Below are positions 25,790 to 37,920 of a stretch of 64,000 nt of DNA, piece after piece. This DNA comes from Mobula hypostoma. Taxonomy: Eukaryota. A program made the position numbers and the translations under genes. The stretch lies in contig NC_086108.1 of NCBI RefSeq assembly GCF_963921235.1, positions 86,802,001 through 86,866,000 of the forward strand. The letters run 5' to 3'. The stretch's first letter is position 1. Each line of letters begins with the position of its first letter. The notes beneath the pieces were generated by a model that was given only the letters and a program-made list of their open reading frames with translations, searched no databases and was not told the origin of the DNA.

Positions 25790-26345
25790 AGGAGTGAGGA
25801 TGTTACGTTGAAATTATATAAGATATTAAGGAGGCCAAATTTGGAACATTGCATGTAGTTCTGGTCACCTGCCTACAGTACATATATAATGAGCTTGAAG
25901 GATTGCAGGGAAATTTTACACAAAGTTGCTAGGACTTGAGGACCCCAATTACAAGAATAGATTGAATAGGTTAGGACTTCATTCCCTGCAGTGCAGGAGA
26001 ATGAGGAGAGTTCTTATAAAGGTATACACAATTATGAGGGGTATAGAACAAATTAATGCATGCAGGCTTTTTCCTTCAGGTTAGGTGAGACTAGAATTAA
26101 AGGTCATAGATTTAGGGTGAAAGGAGAAGCATTTGAGGGGAATCAAAGGGGGAACTACTTCACTCCAAGGGTGGTGCATGACAACAGAAGTGGTTGATGC
26201 AGGTTCAATTGTAACATTTAAGAGAAGAAGTGTGGAGGGTTATGGTCCAGGTGTAGATAGGTGAAACTAAGCAGAAAACCAAACTGACATAGACTAAATG
26301 GGCCAAAGGGCCAGTTTCTGTGCTGTAGTGCTGTATGACTTGACG
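25790..26345 (+). mobile_element. CR1 3' fragment, degenerate
   Basis: Collinear with 25272-25780, ending ctgtgctgtagtgctgtatgact. Confidence 0.7.
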
Positions 26346-26734
26346 ACTTTAATGGTCTCAATTCTGATCTTTTCCCTCCCTTCTAGATTTAGGCTGTCGA
26401 TATTGCTTTGGAAGTGAGTTACTCCTCGACCTTTTGCAATCAAGGCACCCACCTCATCACAAACTTTTATCATCTTGCCTGTGACTTTGCAACTTTCCAA
26501 TCTATCAACTTTCCTCTGTAAGGTTACCTCTTTATGCTTCCATGACCCTTCTCAACCCAATTTCTACTCAATGATCATAATGTCATTAATGGCTTTACCG
26601 ATTTGTCTATAGACCTCTTCCTTTCAAAATTTTCACCAAAAAAAACTATGCATACATGATTTGCTCATTCATCTACCCTCCAGTCTCTGACCTTCCTGTT
26701 TTTGTCCAAGATCCTCAAGAAAGTAAAAACAATG

Positions 26735-27180
26735 GATTAGTGATGGCTCTATTGCCTTTCGGTCAATAAGCCATTGGTTCCAATACACGCTTGTCCCATC
26801 AAACCCATAATCCAGAATGACACTACAGAGGAGTACTGCAGCTTCAGTGAAGACGGTATGGAGTGCTGGGAGGTGTGCACTGCAGTTATTTAAATTTCAT
26901 TCTTTTTGGAGAGACTTATATTCGTGTTCTTATATGTTGAGCATTTGTCTGCAATGCATAGTCATATTAAAAATGTTCAGAGTGGGGAAGAAAGGCTATG
27001 CAGCTGCTCCCCCTTGTGCATGCCCCTGAATCTGCAATCAGTCTGACTTCCGGTTTGTATTAATAAAGAACAGATGAATTTCCTAACGTGCTGACTAATA
27101 CTTATCACTCAGTCAATATTGTAGCAACAGATTATCAGATGAATTATTATTTCCCAAATCCTGCAATGTTTGCATTGGGA
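26735..27180 (+). mobile_element. Ancient Deu-domain SINE (SacSINE/AmnSINE-like) remnant
   Basis: cataatccagaatgacactacagaggagtactg and gctgactaatacttatcactcagtcaatattgtagcaacagattatc resemble recalled DeuSINE consensus segments. Not verified by search. Confidence 0.4.
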
Positions 27181-29102
27181 ATATTTATGCAATTCCAGTG
27201 AGTATAAACACAAAGTTTACTCCATATACTTTGTGTAATATGTCAATATACTCTCCATATAAATCTTCCATACTCTATATATAAATATTCTGAACACTAT
27301 TATGCATGGAAGAAGAATTCACTCTTAGGCTATAGTAAAAAACCACAGAAAGTCATTTGATCTCCTGCTCTTCACGTCAGCATAACTGGTGGCTGTGAAA
27401 GTTGAAAAATTGAATCAAACTCATGACAGTCTTTGATTAATGGATTATAGTATGCAGCTAAGACACTCTCTCACGTAACAAGGTTGGCATTGGTCGATAT
27501 GGGGAAAAATGAAATAAAGTTTAAACACTCAGATAATTTTCATAAGCCTTGTGAAATTTCCATTGTGCCAGCTGGAGGTGAGAATCATTTCTGATGATAT
27601 GTTGAGGGTAAAATTATAGCATTGAACATTTAGGGAAAGCAAATTAGTACCTTGCTGTGGTGGTAGCAGTTAAACACAGTCTGCTGTCTTATCATTTATT
27701 CATGGTATATTAGCTAGTAATTTAATGCCAACTGAAAAGGCTGTCAGCGCATTCTCAGAGATAAATGACACACAATTATCCAGTCTCCAGAGAGAGCTCC
27801 ATCGCTGATCAGCAAATCCAACACAAGGCAAACAAGGCAAAGAGGGAAAGATGCTCTTCTCATTCTCAGTCAAACTGGGCAAGATTACCAGGAATTTGAA
27901 CCTTCAGCAGGGATCATTTTTCAATGATTTCCTATATTCAAAGAGCCATTTGATGTTACTCATCATCTCCCGATTGAAACAATAGTTGAGATAAAAGAGA
28001 TTGGATTGCACATTAATTTCTGTTTGTCTTCCTCTAAAATATCATACAGTATTTCTGTGTTCCTGAAAGCCACCCTATGCAAGGCAGTAAATTTAGCCTA
28101 TGATGGATGGATTTATAAAGTTATATATGCTTAACTCCCTCAATACTGAATTCCCATAAAGTCTTTATCAGAAAAAGGTCTGATTACCATGCAACAACTG
28201 GAGAACCACTTTTATTGCAAGTGTGTGGCACTCAGCAAAGTCTTAGCAGGGATATTTATATGAATATTCTGCTACATATACTAATTGTTTAATGCTAGGC
28301 TTCTTACAACTCCCTGTGGAGCATTATGCTAAAAACTGATTTTAAATTCCCATCTGGCACTGGATGGTCCACTTAAGATGGTAATTAAGGTTTGTTATGT
28401 GCTTTTGAATTTGCTTACGGAATATTTGAATTTCAAATATTTAGAAAGCCAAATACAATTATAAATTTAGTTTTAAAGCTGAACATTAAACAGTGGTATG
28501 CAGCTCAGTACGGTGTAATTTTAATCCACGTTGCTAAATACAAGTAAAATTAAAGAAAATATTGAGTTATAGTAAAATCAAAGAAAACAAACAATACCTC
28601 TGATCTCTTCGATTCAAGGTTTTTATTCATTTCCCTTCAATCTATCACAGCCCTTTATGCTATTGTTGTTATTGTCATATTATTGAATCCACTATAAGCA
28701 CGTCATATATTTCTCTTTCAAGAATAGTACACTACATAGTTGTGTGCAAATACAGTAATAAGCAGCAAGGTGGATTTTACTTTTTAGCAGAGGTGTGTGA
28801 ACCTAATCATCATTAAGCACAGTTTTCTGCAATTGTGCCTTTAGCTGAGCATGGCCAAAGCTTTAGAAATTTATCTCTGAACCTGTCAGCAGCCTCTTTA
28901 TTTCTTCCCTTCGTAAGACATCTTTACAACCCTCAAGAAAATGTCATAGTGTCACATAGCAAAGAAACAGGCCCAGCAGCCTATTCAGTCAATCACCTAT
29001 CTACACTCATCCTATTTACCTGCACTTCCATGTCTACAGCCTTCCATGTTTTGGTGATTTAATTAACCAAATGCTTCTTAAATGGTCCAAGAGACTCTGT
29101 TG

Positions 29103-30925
29103 GACAAGATGGCGCCGGTGATTATCAGCAACATTCTGTGGGCTGCAGACAATTGTGCCAAATGTTCTTTTAAGTATAACTTTTTTGAATTACTCTCACT
29201 CTAATCTGCAGCATGTAACTTCCCTCAAAGCAATGTGCTTTTATATTGACTTAATAATCTTCACATCTCTCGATCATCTGAAGAACTCAGCAGACCAGAT
29301 AGGCGGGGTACGTTTAAGAGAATGAAGGTTCATTGCCATGGCCAGAAGCCAAGCAGGAGGCGGGGGGAACCCAAGCCAGGCTGAAATACTGAGGGATGAG
29401 GTCTTCTCCACCCAGCATCTTGTTGGCAAATGTGCAGTCAATGGAGAACAAAATTAAGAAACTGAGGGCAATATTGCTGTATCGGAGAGAAATTAAAGCC
29501 TGTTCTATTCTATGCATGATTGAAGAGTGGCTTTTTCCAAGCACGCCAGATACAGCGACCAGACCCAAAGGCTTTTTGATTTACAGAATGGGTTGAAATG
29601 CTGATTTATAAAAAGCAAAAGGAAGAGGTATGTGTATCATGATAAACTCTCAGTGATGCTGCAATGTGGCGGTTTTGTCAAACTCATGTAGTCCCCCAAC
29701 TTGGAACACCTAACAGTCAAATGCCGTCCATTCTATTTACCTAGGGATTTCGTATCCATGAGTCTGACTGCAGTTTATGTACCGCCAGCAACCGATTATA
29801 ATCAAAACACTGCATGATGCTATCTCTAACCAAGAAACAGTTCATCCAAACACATTTCAAATCACAGTCAAAGACTTCTTTCATGCTTGTTTGAAGAAAA
29901 TCCTGCCCAATTACCATCAGTGTATAACCTGTAGCACCAGTGGTCCCAATATACAAGCCACGGTTATACTGAGATAAGGAATGCCTACCATTCCATGTCC
30001 AGACCACATTTTGGAAAATCTGTTCACTTGACTGACCATCTCCTGCCTACATACAGGCAGAGACTAAAGAACAAAGCTCCAGAGATTAGGACTGTTAGAG
30101 CAATTTTTGGAGTTGGCACATGCAGCAAATAACTAGAATTCAGATTTGTAAATGAATTGTGGATTAAATCTAAAATGCAGCACTGAACAATGGGTTCCTA
30201 AGAGCCCAATGAACCAAGTTAATTGTAAGAACAGATAGGCTGATTTAAGTTCATTACTTGTGTGTATTTGGGTGTCTGTAATATAGGTATGAGCAGGGAG
30301 GTGCATTGGTGGGAAGACCCATGGATTTGAAACTGTTACATGTAATTCAAAGGAAGCACTGTAAATATGGATTTGTTTGCGTTGTCCTGAATTTTTCCTT
30401 GATCTTCAGCATATAAAATTTCATGTAGTTTTGTGTCAAGGAGACTTCTTGCTCTAAAAGGGTCTCCTTTATTTTGTTGAAAAAGAGACTGCTTCATATC
30501 TATCAGTACTTCTCTTCGGTGACTTTGTTCACTCAACAAGAAGCAGAACAAAGAGGTGGTCACAGGAGGCAGAGCAGTAGCTATGGGATTACTTTGAGCC
30601 AGTGCACTGGGCTCTGTTCAAGCACTCATCTGGAGACAGCATCGTTATAGTGGACTTACTTAAAATAGCTGTAGACGAGGGTGTCCGCACAAAATCATTC
30701 AGAGTCTTTCCCAATCAGAAGCCCTGGACGAACCTGGCATTCAAGCCTGGTGACCAAGAAAGGTACATAAGGCTCAGGTGCGATCTCCGGAAAGCCACCT
30801 CATGGGCAAAGTGGCATTTCTGGACCGAACCTGAATCAATGAAGGATGCTCAACAGTTGTGGTGAGGCTTAAATATTATCATCTCTTATAAAGTTGTCAA
30901 GCAACATTGGAGACAGCAGGACAGA
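29103..30925 (+). mobile_element. Rex1/Babar-type LINE 5' portion (5'UTR + endonuclease), interrupted at 30093-30546
   Basis: Starts caagatggcgcc. PSILLANVQSMENK, CRPFYLPRDF, TAVYVP, FPNQKPW motifs. Confidence 0.75.
29105..29114 (+). promoter_or_regulatory. YY1-like motif CAAGATGGCG at LINE 5' end (possible internal promoter element)
   Basis: Matches the YY1 core and sits at the apparent first bases of the element. Confidence 0.35.
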
Positions 30926-30959
30926 GTTCAGAGTTAATGGTGTGATTCTTCACAGTGTG

Positions 30960-31325
30960 AAGGGTTTTGGGGTCCAAATCGTTCTGGTGGATGGAGCATA
31001 GGTGCTTGGTGAAGTGATCTCCCAATCTCACCAATATACAGGAGGCCTCACCGGCAGCACCAGATACAGACTCACAGTTGAAGTGTTGCCTCACCTGGAA
31101 GGACAGTTGGCACCCTGAATGGTAGTGAGGGAGGAGATGTAGGAACAGGTGTGACATTTGTTCCCCTTGCAAGGATAAGTGCCAGGAGAGAGGTTAATGG
31201 AGCAATCTCTGCGGAAAGCGGAAAGCGGGGGAGGGAAAGATGTTCAGGTGGTGGGATCCCATTGGAGATGGCGGAAGTTACACAGAATTATGTACTGGAC
31301 ACAGAGGCTGATGGGGTGGTGGGTG
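30960..31325 (-). mobile_element. Penelope-like internal fragment (GIY-YIG region)
   Basis: Minus ORF 30897..31172 has FQVRQHFNCESV...RLGDHFTKHLCSI. Confidence 0.7.
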
Positions 31326-31327
31326 AG

Positions 31328-31578
31328 GAAAAACATTTTCACCCAGAGAGTGGTGGATATGTGGAATGCTCTGCCCCAGAAGGCAGTGGAAGCCAAGTCT
31401 CTGGATGCTTTCGAGAAAGAGATGGATAGCCCTCTTAAAGATAGCAGAATCAAAGGTTATGGGGATAAGGCAGGAAATGGATACTGATTGTGGATGATCA
31501 GCCATGATCACAGTGAATGGCAGTGCTGGTTCGAAGGGTCGAATGGCCTACTCCTGCACCTATTGTCCATTGTCTATT
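31328..31578 (+). mobile_element. CR1 3' tail
   Basis: FTQRVVDMWNALPQKAVEA and gaagggtcgaatggcctactcctgcacctattg. Confidence 0.8.
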
Positions 31579-31579
31579 G

Positions 31580-32190
31580 ACCTGCCCACCAGAAAAAGCA
31601 GGACCTCCCAGTGGCCATCCATTTCAATTCTACTTCCCATTCCCATTCCGATATGTCAGTCCATAGCCGCTTCTACTGCTGCGATGAAGCCACGCTGATT
31701 TAGGAGGAGCAACACCTTATATTCCGTTTGACTAACCTCCAACCTGTTGGTATGAACATCGATTTCTTGAACTTCCAGTAATGCCCCCCCTCACCAATCC
31801 CCATTCCCATTTCTGTCTCTTATCTTATCTCCTTACCTGCCCATCACCTCTTCCTGGTGTTCCTCCCCCTTCCCTTTCTTCCATGGTCCTCTGCTATCAG
31901 ATTCCCCCTTGTCCCGCCATTTAGCTCTTTCACCAATCAAGTTCCCAGCTTTTTACTTCACCCCTTCCCCACTCCCAATTTCACCTCTCACCCTCTACCT
32001 TGTACTCCTCTCCTCTCCCCACCTTCTTATTCTGACATACTCTTTTTTTTCCAGTCCTGATGATGGGTCTCAACCCAAAACTCTGATGGTTTACTCTTTT
32101 CCATAGATGCTGCCTGGCCTATAGAGTTCCTCCAGTATTTTGTGTGTATTACTTGTTTTCCAGCATCTGCAGATTTTTCTCTTGTTTGTG
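31580..32190 (+). mobile_element. Penelope-like 3' end
   Basis: PVAIHFNSTSHSHSDMS...EEQHLIFRL..LQP.GMNIDF, C/T spacer, decayed hammerhead at about 32053-32090, tail ttccagcatctgcagattt. Confidence 0.8.
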
Positions 32191-32679
32191 AAGGAATCAG
32201 TAGACTGTCATAAAAAAGGAAAAGATGGAATATGAAGGTAAACTAGTCAATAATATTAAAGAGGATAGCAAAAGTTTCTTCAGGTACGTGAAATATAAAT
32301 GAGAGGCAAGACTGGAAAATGATGCTGGAGAGGTAGTAATGGGGGAAAAAGAAATGGCAGATGAACTGAATAAAAGTTTTGCATCAGTCTTCACTGTAGA
32401 AGACACTAGCAGTATGCTGTAAGTTCAGAAGTGTCAAGGGATAGAAGGTTGTGAAGGTTGTTGGGAAAATGAAAGGTCTGAAGGTAGATAAGTCACCTGG
32501 CCTAGATGATCTATACCCTAAGGTTCTGAAAGGGGTAACTGAAGAAACTGTGAAGGACATTAGAAATGATCTTTCAAGAATCAATTGATTCTGGCATGGT
32601 TCCTGATGACTGGAAAATTGCAAGTATCACTCCACTCTTCAAGAAGGGAGAGAAGCAGAAGAAAGGAAATTATAGGGCA

Positions 32680-32852
32680 ACATACATCAAAGTTGCTGGT
32701 GAACGCAGCAGGCCAAGCAGCATCTGTAGGAAGAGGTGCAGTCAAACTGCACCTCTTCCTACAGATGCTGCTTGGCCTGCTGCGTTCACCAGCAACTTTG
32801 ATGTATGTTGCTTGAATTTCCAGCATCTGCAGAATTCCTGTTGTTTGCGTTT
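32680..32852 (+). mobile_element. Penelope-derived fold-back insertion
   Basis: 13-bp TSD aaattatagggca at 32667-32679 and 32853-32865. Perfect 66-bp arms 32677-32742 / 32746-32811 with a 3-nt loop. Confidence 0.9.
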
Positions 32853-33807
32853 AAATTATAGGGCAGTTAGTCTGACCACAGTGGTTGGGGAGATGTTGAA
32901 GACGATTGATAAGGATGTGGTTTCAAATCAACCATAGTCAGCATAGTGTCCTTAAGGGAAATCTTGCCTGACAAACCTGTTGAAACTCTTTGAAGAAATA
33001 ACAAGCAGGTTTGACACAGGAGAATCAGTTGATGTTGTGCACTTGGATTTTCGGAAGGCCTTTGACAAGGTGACACATATGAGGTTGCTTATCAAGCTCT
33101 GAGCCCATGGTATTACACGAAAGATTCTAACATGGATAAAGCAGTAGCTGATTAGTAGGAGGCAAAGAGTGGGAATGAAGGGGGCCTTTTCTGGTTGGCT
33201 GCCAATGACTAGTGGTGTTCCACATGTGCCTATGTTGGAACTGCTTCTTTTTACATTTATTGTCAATAATTTGGTTGATGGAATTGATGACTTTGTTGCA
33301 AAGTTTGCAGATGATATGAATATAGGTGAAGGAGTAGGTAGTTTGTAGGAAATAAAGAGGCTACAGAGGACTTAGACAGATTAGGACAAAAGGCAAAGAA
33401 ATAGCTGATGGAATACAGTGCAAGGAAGTGTATGGTCATGCACATTGGTAGAAGAAATAAAAGGGTTGACTATTTTCTAAATGGAGATAAAATTCAATAC
33501 TCTGAGGTGCAAAGGAACTTGGGAGTTCTCATGCAGGGTTCCCTAAAGTTTACTTTGCAGGTTGAGTCGGTGGCGTGGAAGGCAAATGCAATGGTAGCAT
33601 TAATTCTGACAGGACTAGAATATAAAAGCAAAAATGTAATGTTTAGGCTTTATAAAGCACTGGTGAAGCCTCACTAGAAGTATTGTGAGCAGTTTCAGGC
33701 CCCTTATCTAGGAAAGGATGTGCTGACATTGGCGAGGTTTCAAAGGAAGTTTCACGAAAATGATTCCGGGATTGAAAGGTTTGTCATATGAAGTGCTTTT
33801 GATGGCT

Positions 33808-33863
33808 ATTAGAAAACCAATTTCCCCTGGGATCAATAAAGTATGACTATGACTATGACTATG
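33808..33863 (+). mobile_element. 56-bp extreme 3' tail of a Rex/Babar LINE
   Basis: gaaaaccaatttcccctgggatcaataaagtatgactatgact matches 47612-47657. TSD tggct. Confidence 0.75.
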
Positions 33864-34284
33864 TGGCTCTCATCACTGGAATTTAGAAGAATGAGGGGTG
33901 ACCTCATTGAAACCTATCGAATGGTGAAAGGACTCAATAGAATGAATGTGCAGAGGATGTTTCCTTTGGAGGGGGAGCCTAAGACCAGAGGACACAGCCA
34001 CAGAATAGAGTGGTGTCCTTTTAGACAGAGATGATGAGGAATTTCTTTAGCCATGAGCGGTGATTCTGTGGAATTCATTGCCACAGGCAGCTGTGGAAGC
34101 CTAGGTATATTTAAGGTAGAGGTTGAAATACTGCTGATTAGTCAGGGCATGAAGGGATACAGGGAGAAGGCAGGATATTGGGGCTGAGAAGAAACATTGA
34201 TCAGCCGTGGTAAAATGGCTGAGAAGAGTTGATGGGCCAAATGGCTTAATTGTCCTCCTGTGTCTGATGGTCTTATGGGCTTAC

Positions 34285-36430
34285 AATGGAGTAAAGAGAA
34301 CTACAGAGGCATGAGACAGATGCTGATCAAAGTTGATTGGAAGTGGACACTAGCAGGAATGATGGCAGAACAATAATGGCTGATGTTTCTGGGGGTAATT
34401 TGGAAGATTCATCCCAATGAAGAACTATCCATCAGGGAGGATGAGGCAGCCATGCCTGACATGGGAAGTCAAAGACAGCATAACAGCAAAAGAGAGGACA
34501 TATAATGTAGCAAAAGTTACTGGGATGCTTGATGGTTCGGAAGCTTTTAAAAAGCCAACAGAAGACAATGGAAAAAGGAATGATCAAAGGAAGGATGAAA
34601 TATGAACGTAAGCTAGTCAATAATAGAAAGGAGGATATCAAAGTTTTTTCCAGATAAATAAAGAGTAAAAGAGAGGCAAGAGTGATATCAGGCTGTTGGA
34701 ATATGACGCTGGAGAGGTTCTAACAGAGGACAAGGCAATAGTGGACTAAATGAATAAGTATTTTGCATAACTCTTCACTATGGAAGACACCAACAACGTG
34801 CCAGAAATTTGAGAGTGTCTGGGGGCAGAAGTGAGTAATGTTGCTATTACTAAGAAGTAGGTACTTAAGGAAGCTGGAAGTTCTGAAGGTAGAAACCTCA
34901 CCTGGACCAGATGGACTACACCCCAGTGTTCTGAAATAGGTAGTTGAAGAAACTGTGGAGACATTAGTCGTGATCTTTCAAGAATCACTGGATTATGAAA
35001 TGGTTCCAGAGGACTGAAAAATTGAAAATGTCACTTCACTCTAAGATGAAAGAGATGCAAAGGCCAGTTAGGCTGACATCAGTGGTTGGCAAGATGTTGG
35101 AGTCTATTATTAGGGATGAGGTTTTGAGGTATCTGGATGCATATGTTAAAATAGACCAGTCAACAGGTAAATCTTGCCTGAGCAATCTGTTGGAAATTGT
35201 TGAGTAAATAATAGACAGAATAGACAAAGGAATGTCAGTAGACGCTATTTTCTTGTACTTTCAGAAGGCCTTGGATAAGGTGGCACACCTGAGGCCGTTA
35301 ACCAAGCTAAGAGCCCATCGTGTTGCAGGAAAGATGAAAGACTGGCAGAAGATCAGCTGGCTGGCAGAAAGCAAGGTGTGGGAATAAAGGGGGCCTTTTC
35401 TAGCTGGCTGCAAATGATTAGTGGTGTTCCGCAGAGGTCTGTGTTGGGACCATCTTTTTCATGTCATATGTCAATGATCTTGATGATGGAACTCAGGGCT
35501 TTCTGGCAGATTTGTGAATGATACAAGGATAGAAGGAGAGGCAGGTAGTTTTGAGGAAACAGCGAGACTGCAGAAGGATATGAACAGATTAGGAGTATGG
35601 GCAAAGAGATGGCAGATAGAATACAGTTTTGGGCATGCAGTGTATCGCCATGCACTTTAGTAGAAGGAATAAAGGCATGGAATTTTTTTCTAAATTGGGA
35701 GATAATTCAAAAATCAGAGGTGCAAAGGGACTTGGAGTCCTTGTGCAGGATTCTCTAAAGGTTAACTTCAGGTTGAGTCAGTGGTAAGGAGGGCAAACGC
35801 ATTTTGGGAGGACAAGAATATAAAAACAATGATGTAATACTGACTCTTTATAAAGCATTGTTCAGACCACTCCTGGAGTATTGGGAGCAGTTCTGGTGGT
35901 CCCTTACCAAAAAAAGATGTACTGGCATTGGAGAGGGTCCAGAGGAGATTCATAAGAATGATTCTGGGAATGAAAGGTTAACATATGAGGAGTTTTTGAT
36001 GGCTCTAAGCTTGTACTCACTGGGGTTTAAAAGACTAAAGGGGAATCTCACTGAAACTTATTGAATATTAAAAGGCCTAGATAGAGTGGACATGTAGGGA
36101 GGATGTTTCCAAAAGTGGGGAATCTAGGACCAGAAGGCACGGCCTCAGATTACAAGGATATCCCTTTAGAACAGAGATGAGGAGGAATTTCTTTAGCTAG
36201 AGGGTGGTGAATCTGACAAATTCATTGCCACAGACACCTGTGGAGGCCAAGTCATTGGGTACAATTAAAGTTGTGGCTGATAGGTTCTTAATTAGTAAGG
36301 ACATCAAAGGGTAAGGAAGAAGGCAGAAAAATGAGGTTGAAAGGGATAATAAATCTGCCATGATGGAATAGCAGAGCACATTCAATAGGCTGAATGGCCT
36401 AATTTGCTCCTATTTCTTAGGGTCTTGTGG
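34285..36430 (+). mobile_element. CR1 LINE, degenerate
   Basis: RPVRLTSVVGKMLESII, GKSCLSNLLE, LYKALFRPLLEY. Tail at about 36420. Confidence 0.85.
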
Positions 36431-36704
36431 TATGAGCATTCAGAAAGAAGAGTTCAAATATAGGAACAGGTAAAAGTGCACTTCTTAGAGGAAATTAAAA
36501 TTCAGGAAAATTATTTGAAATTATCTAAGTAATTTGGAAGGTGTGCTGGAAACATGGAATAAAGGTTGTAGAAAGCTGTTTATCTGTTCGTATAAAGTTT
36601 GTTATTTAATGTTGTTAATCATTAATTGAATAGTGTTGTGACTTTAACAAATGTACCTCATACATGATGCATTCAGCTATTAATTATGGGGTAATGCATC
36701 ACAT

Positions 36705-36900
36705 ACCATAAGACCATAAAACATAGGAGCAGAATTAGGGCATTCAGCCCATCGAGTCTACAGCCATTCCATCCTGGCTGATCCCGGATCCCACTCAATT
36801 CCATACACCTACCTTCTCGCCATATCCTTTATGCCCTACCCAATCAAGAAACGATCAACTTCCATATGCATGGACTTAGCCTTCACCGTAGTCTGTGGTG
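36705..36900 (-). mobile_element. CR1 3' tail
   Basis: accataagaccataaaacataggagcagaattagg. Confidence 0.65.
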
Positions 36901-37334
36901 GAGGACAACTCTTTGAGCAGATGGCCATTGTTGCCTGGAATTCAATTTCTTCCTCGCTTATTTCAAATACAGCCCCATACATTACATTGACAAAGTTATT
37001 TAATTAGATTGAGTTGCCATTGCTCTTTTAACAAAGTTGTCACAAATGAGCAGGGCGAACAATGGGAATTCACTTAGTCATATCTGCAAGTCATATTCAT
37101 CACTCCTTCTCTTCACCGATCCATGCATAATCTATCTCATCCACCTACACATATATACAATTCCATTCACAAATACCTATATGCAATGCCACCACCAATA
37201 CTGTATATTTACACTCAATTCTATCTAAAGAAACGTATGTATTAGGCCATATATACTATCCTATCCACAAAACATATTTACAAGACCACCAAAAGCTCTT
37301 ATATATTACGCTAATCCTAAACATACCAAGCAAT

Positions 37335-37912
37335 TTAAGTAACACACATCAAAGTTGCTGGTGAACGCAGCAGGCCAGGCAGCATCTCTAGGAAGAGGTA
37401 CAGTCGACGTTTCGGGCCGAGACCCTTCGTCAGGACTAACTGAAGGAAGAGCTAGTAAGAGATTTGAAAGTGGGAGGGGGAGGGGGAGATCCAAAATGAT
37501 AGGAGAAGACAGGAGGGGGAGGGATGGAGCCAAGAGCTGGACAGGTGGTTGGCAAAAGGGATATGAGAGGAACATGGGACAGGAGGCCCAGGGAGAAGGA
37601 AAGCGGGGGGGCGGGGGGAACCCCTGAGGATGGGCAAGGGGTATAGTCAGAGGGACAGAGGGAGAAAAAGGAGAGAGAGAGAGAAAGAATGTGTGTATAT
37701 AAATAAATAACGGATGGGGTACGAGGGGGAGGTGGGGCATTAGCGGAAGTTAGAGAAGTCAATGTTCATGGCATCAGGTTGGAGGCTACCCAGACAGAAT
37801 ATAAGGTGTTGTTCCTCCAACCTGAGTGTGGCTTCATCTTTACAGTAGAGGAGGCCGTGGATAGACATATCAGAATGGGAATGGTATGTGGAATTAAAAT
37901 GTGTGGCCACTG
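37335..37912 (-). mobile_element. Young Penelope-like 3' fragment
   Basis: VATHFNSTYHSHSDMSIHGLLYCKDEATLRLEEQHLIFCLGSLQPDAMNIDFSNFR*, spacer, intact hammerhead repeat. Confidence 0.85.
37402..37437 (-). ncRNA. Minimal type I hammerhead ribozyme motif, intact
   Basis: Minus strand AGTC-CTGACGA-A-GGGT(CTCG)GCCC-GAAAC-GTC^GACT. Confidence 0.8.
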
Positions 37913-37920
37913 GTACCGGA

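Larger units (their letters stand above)
32195..34285 (+). mobile_element. CR1 LINE RT and 3' end, degenerate
   Basis: IFQESIDSGMVPDDWKIA, LDFRKAFDKV, KFADD. Hosts two small insertions. Confidence 0.85.
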
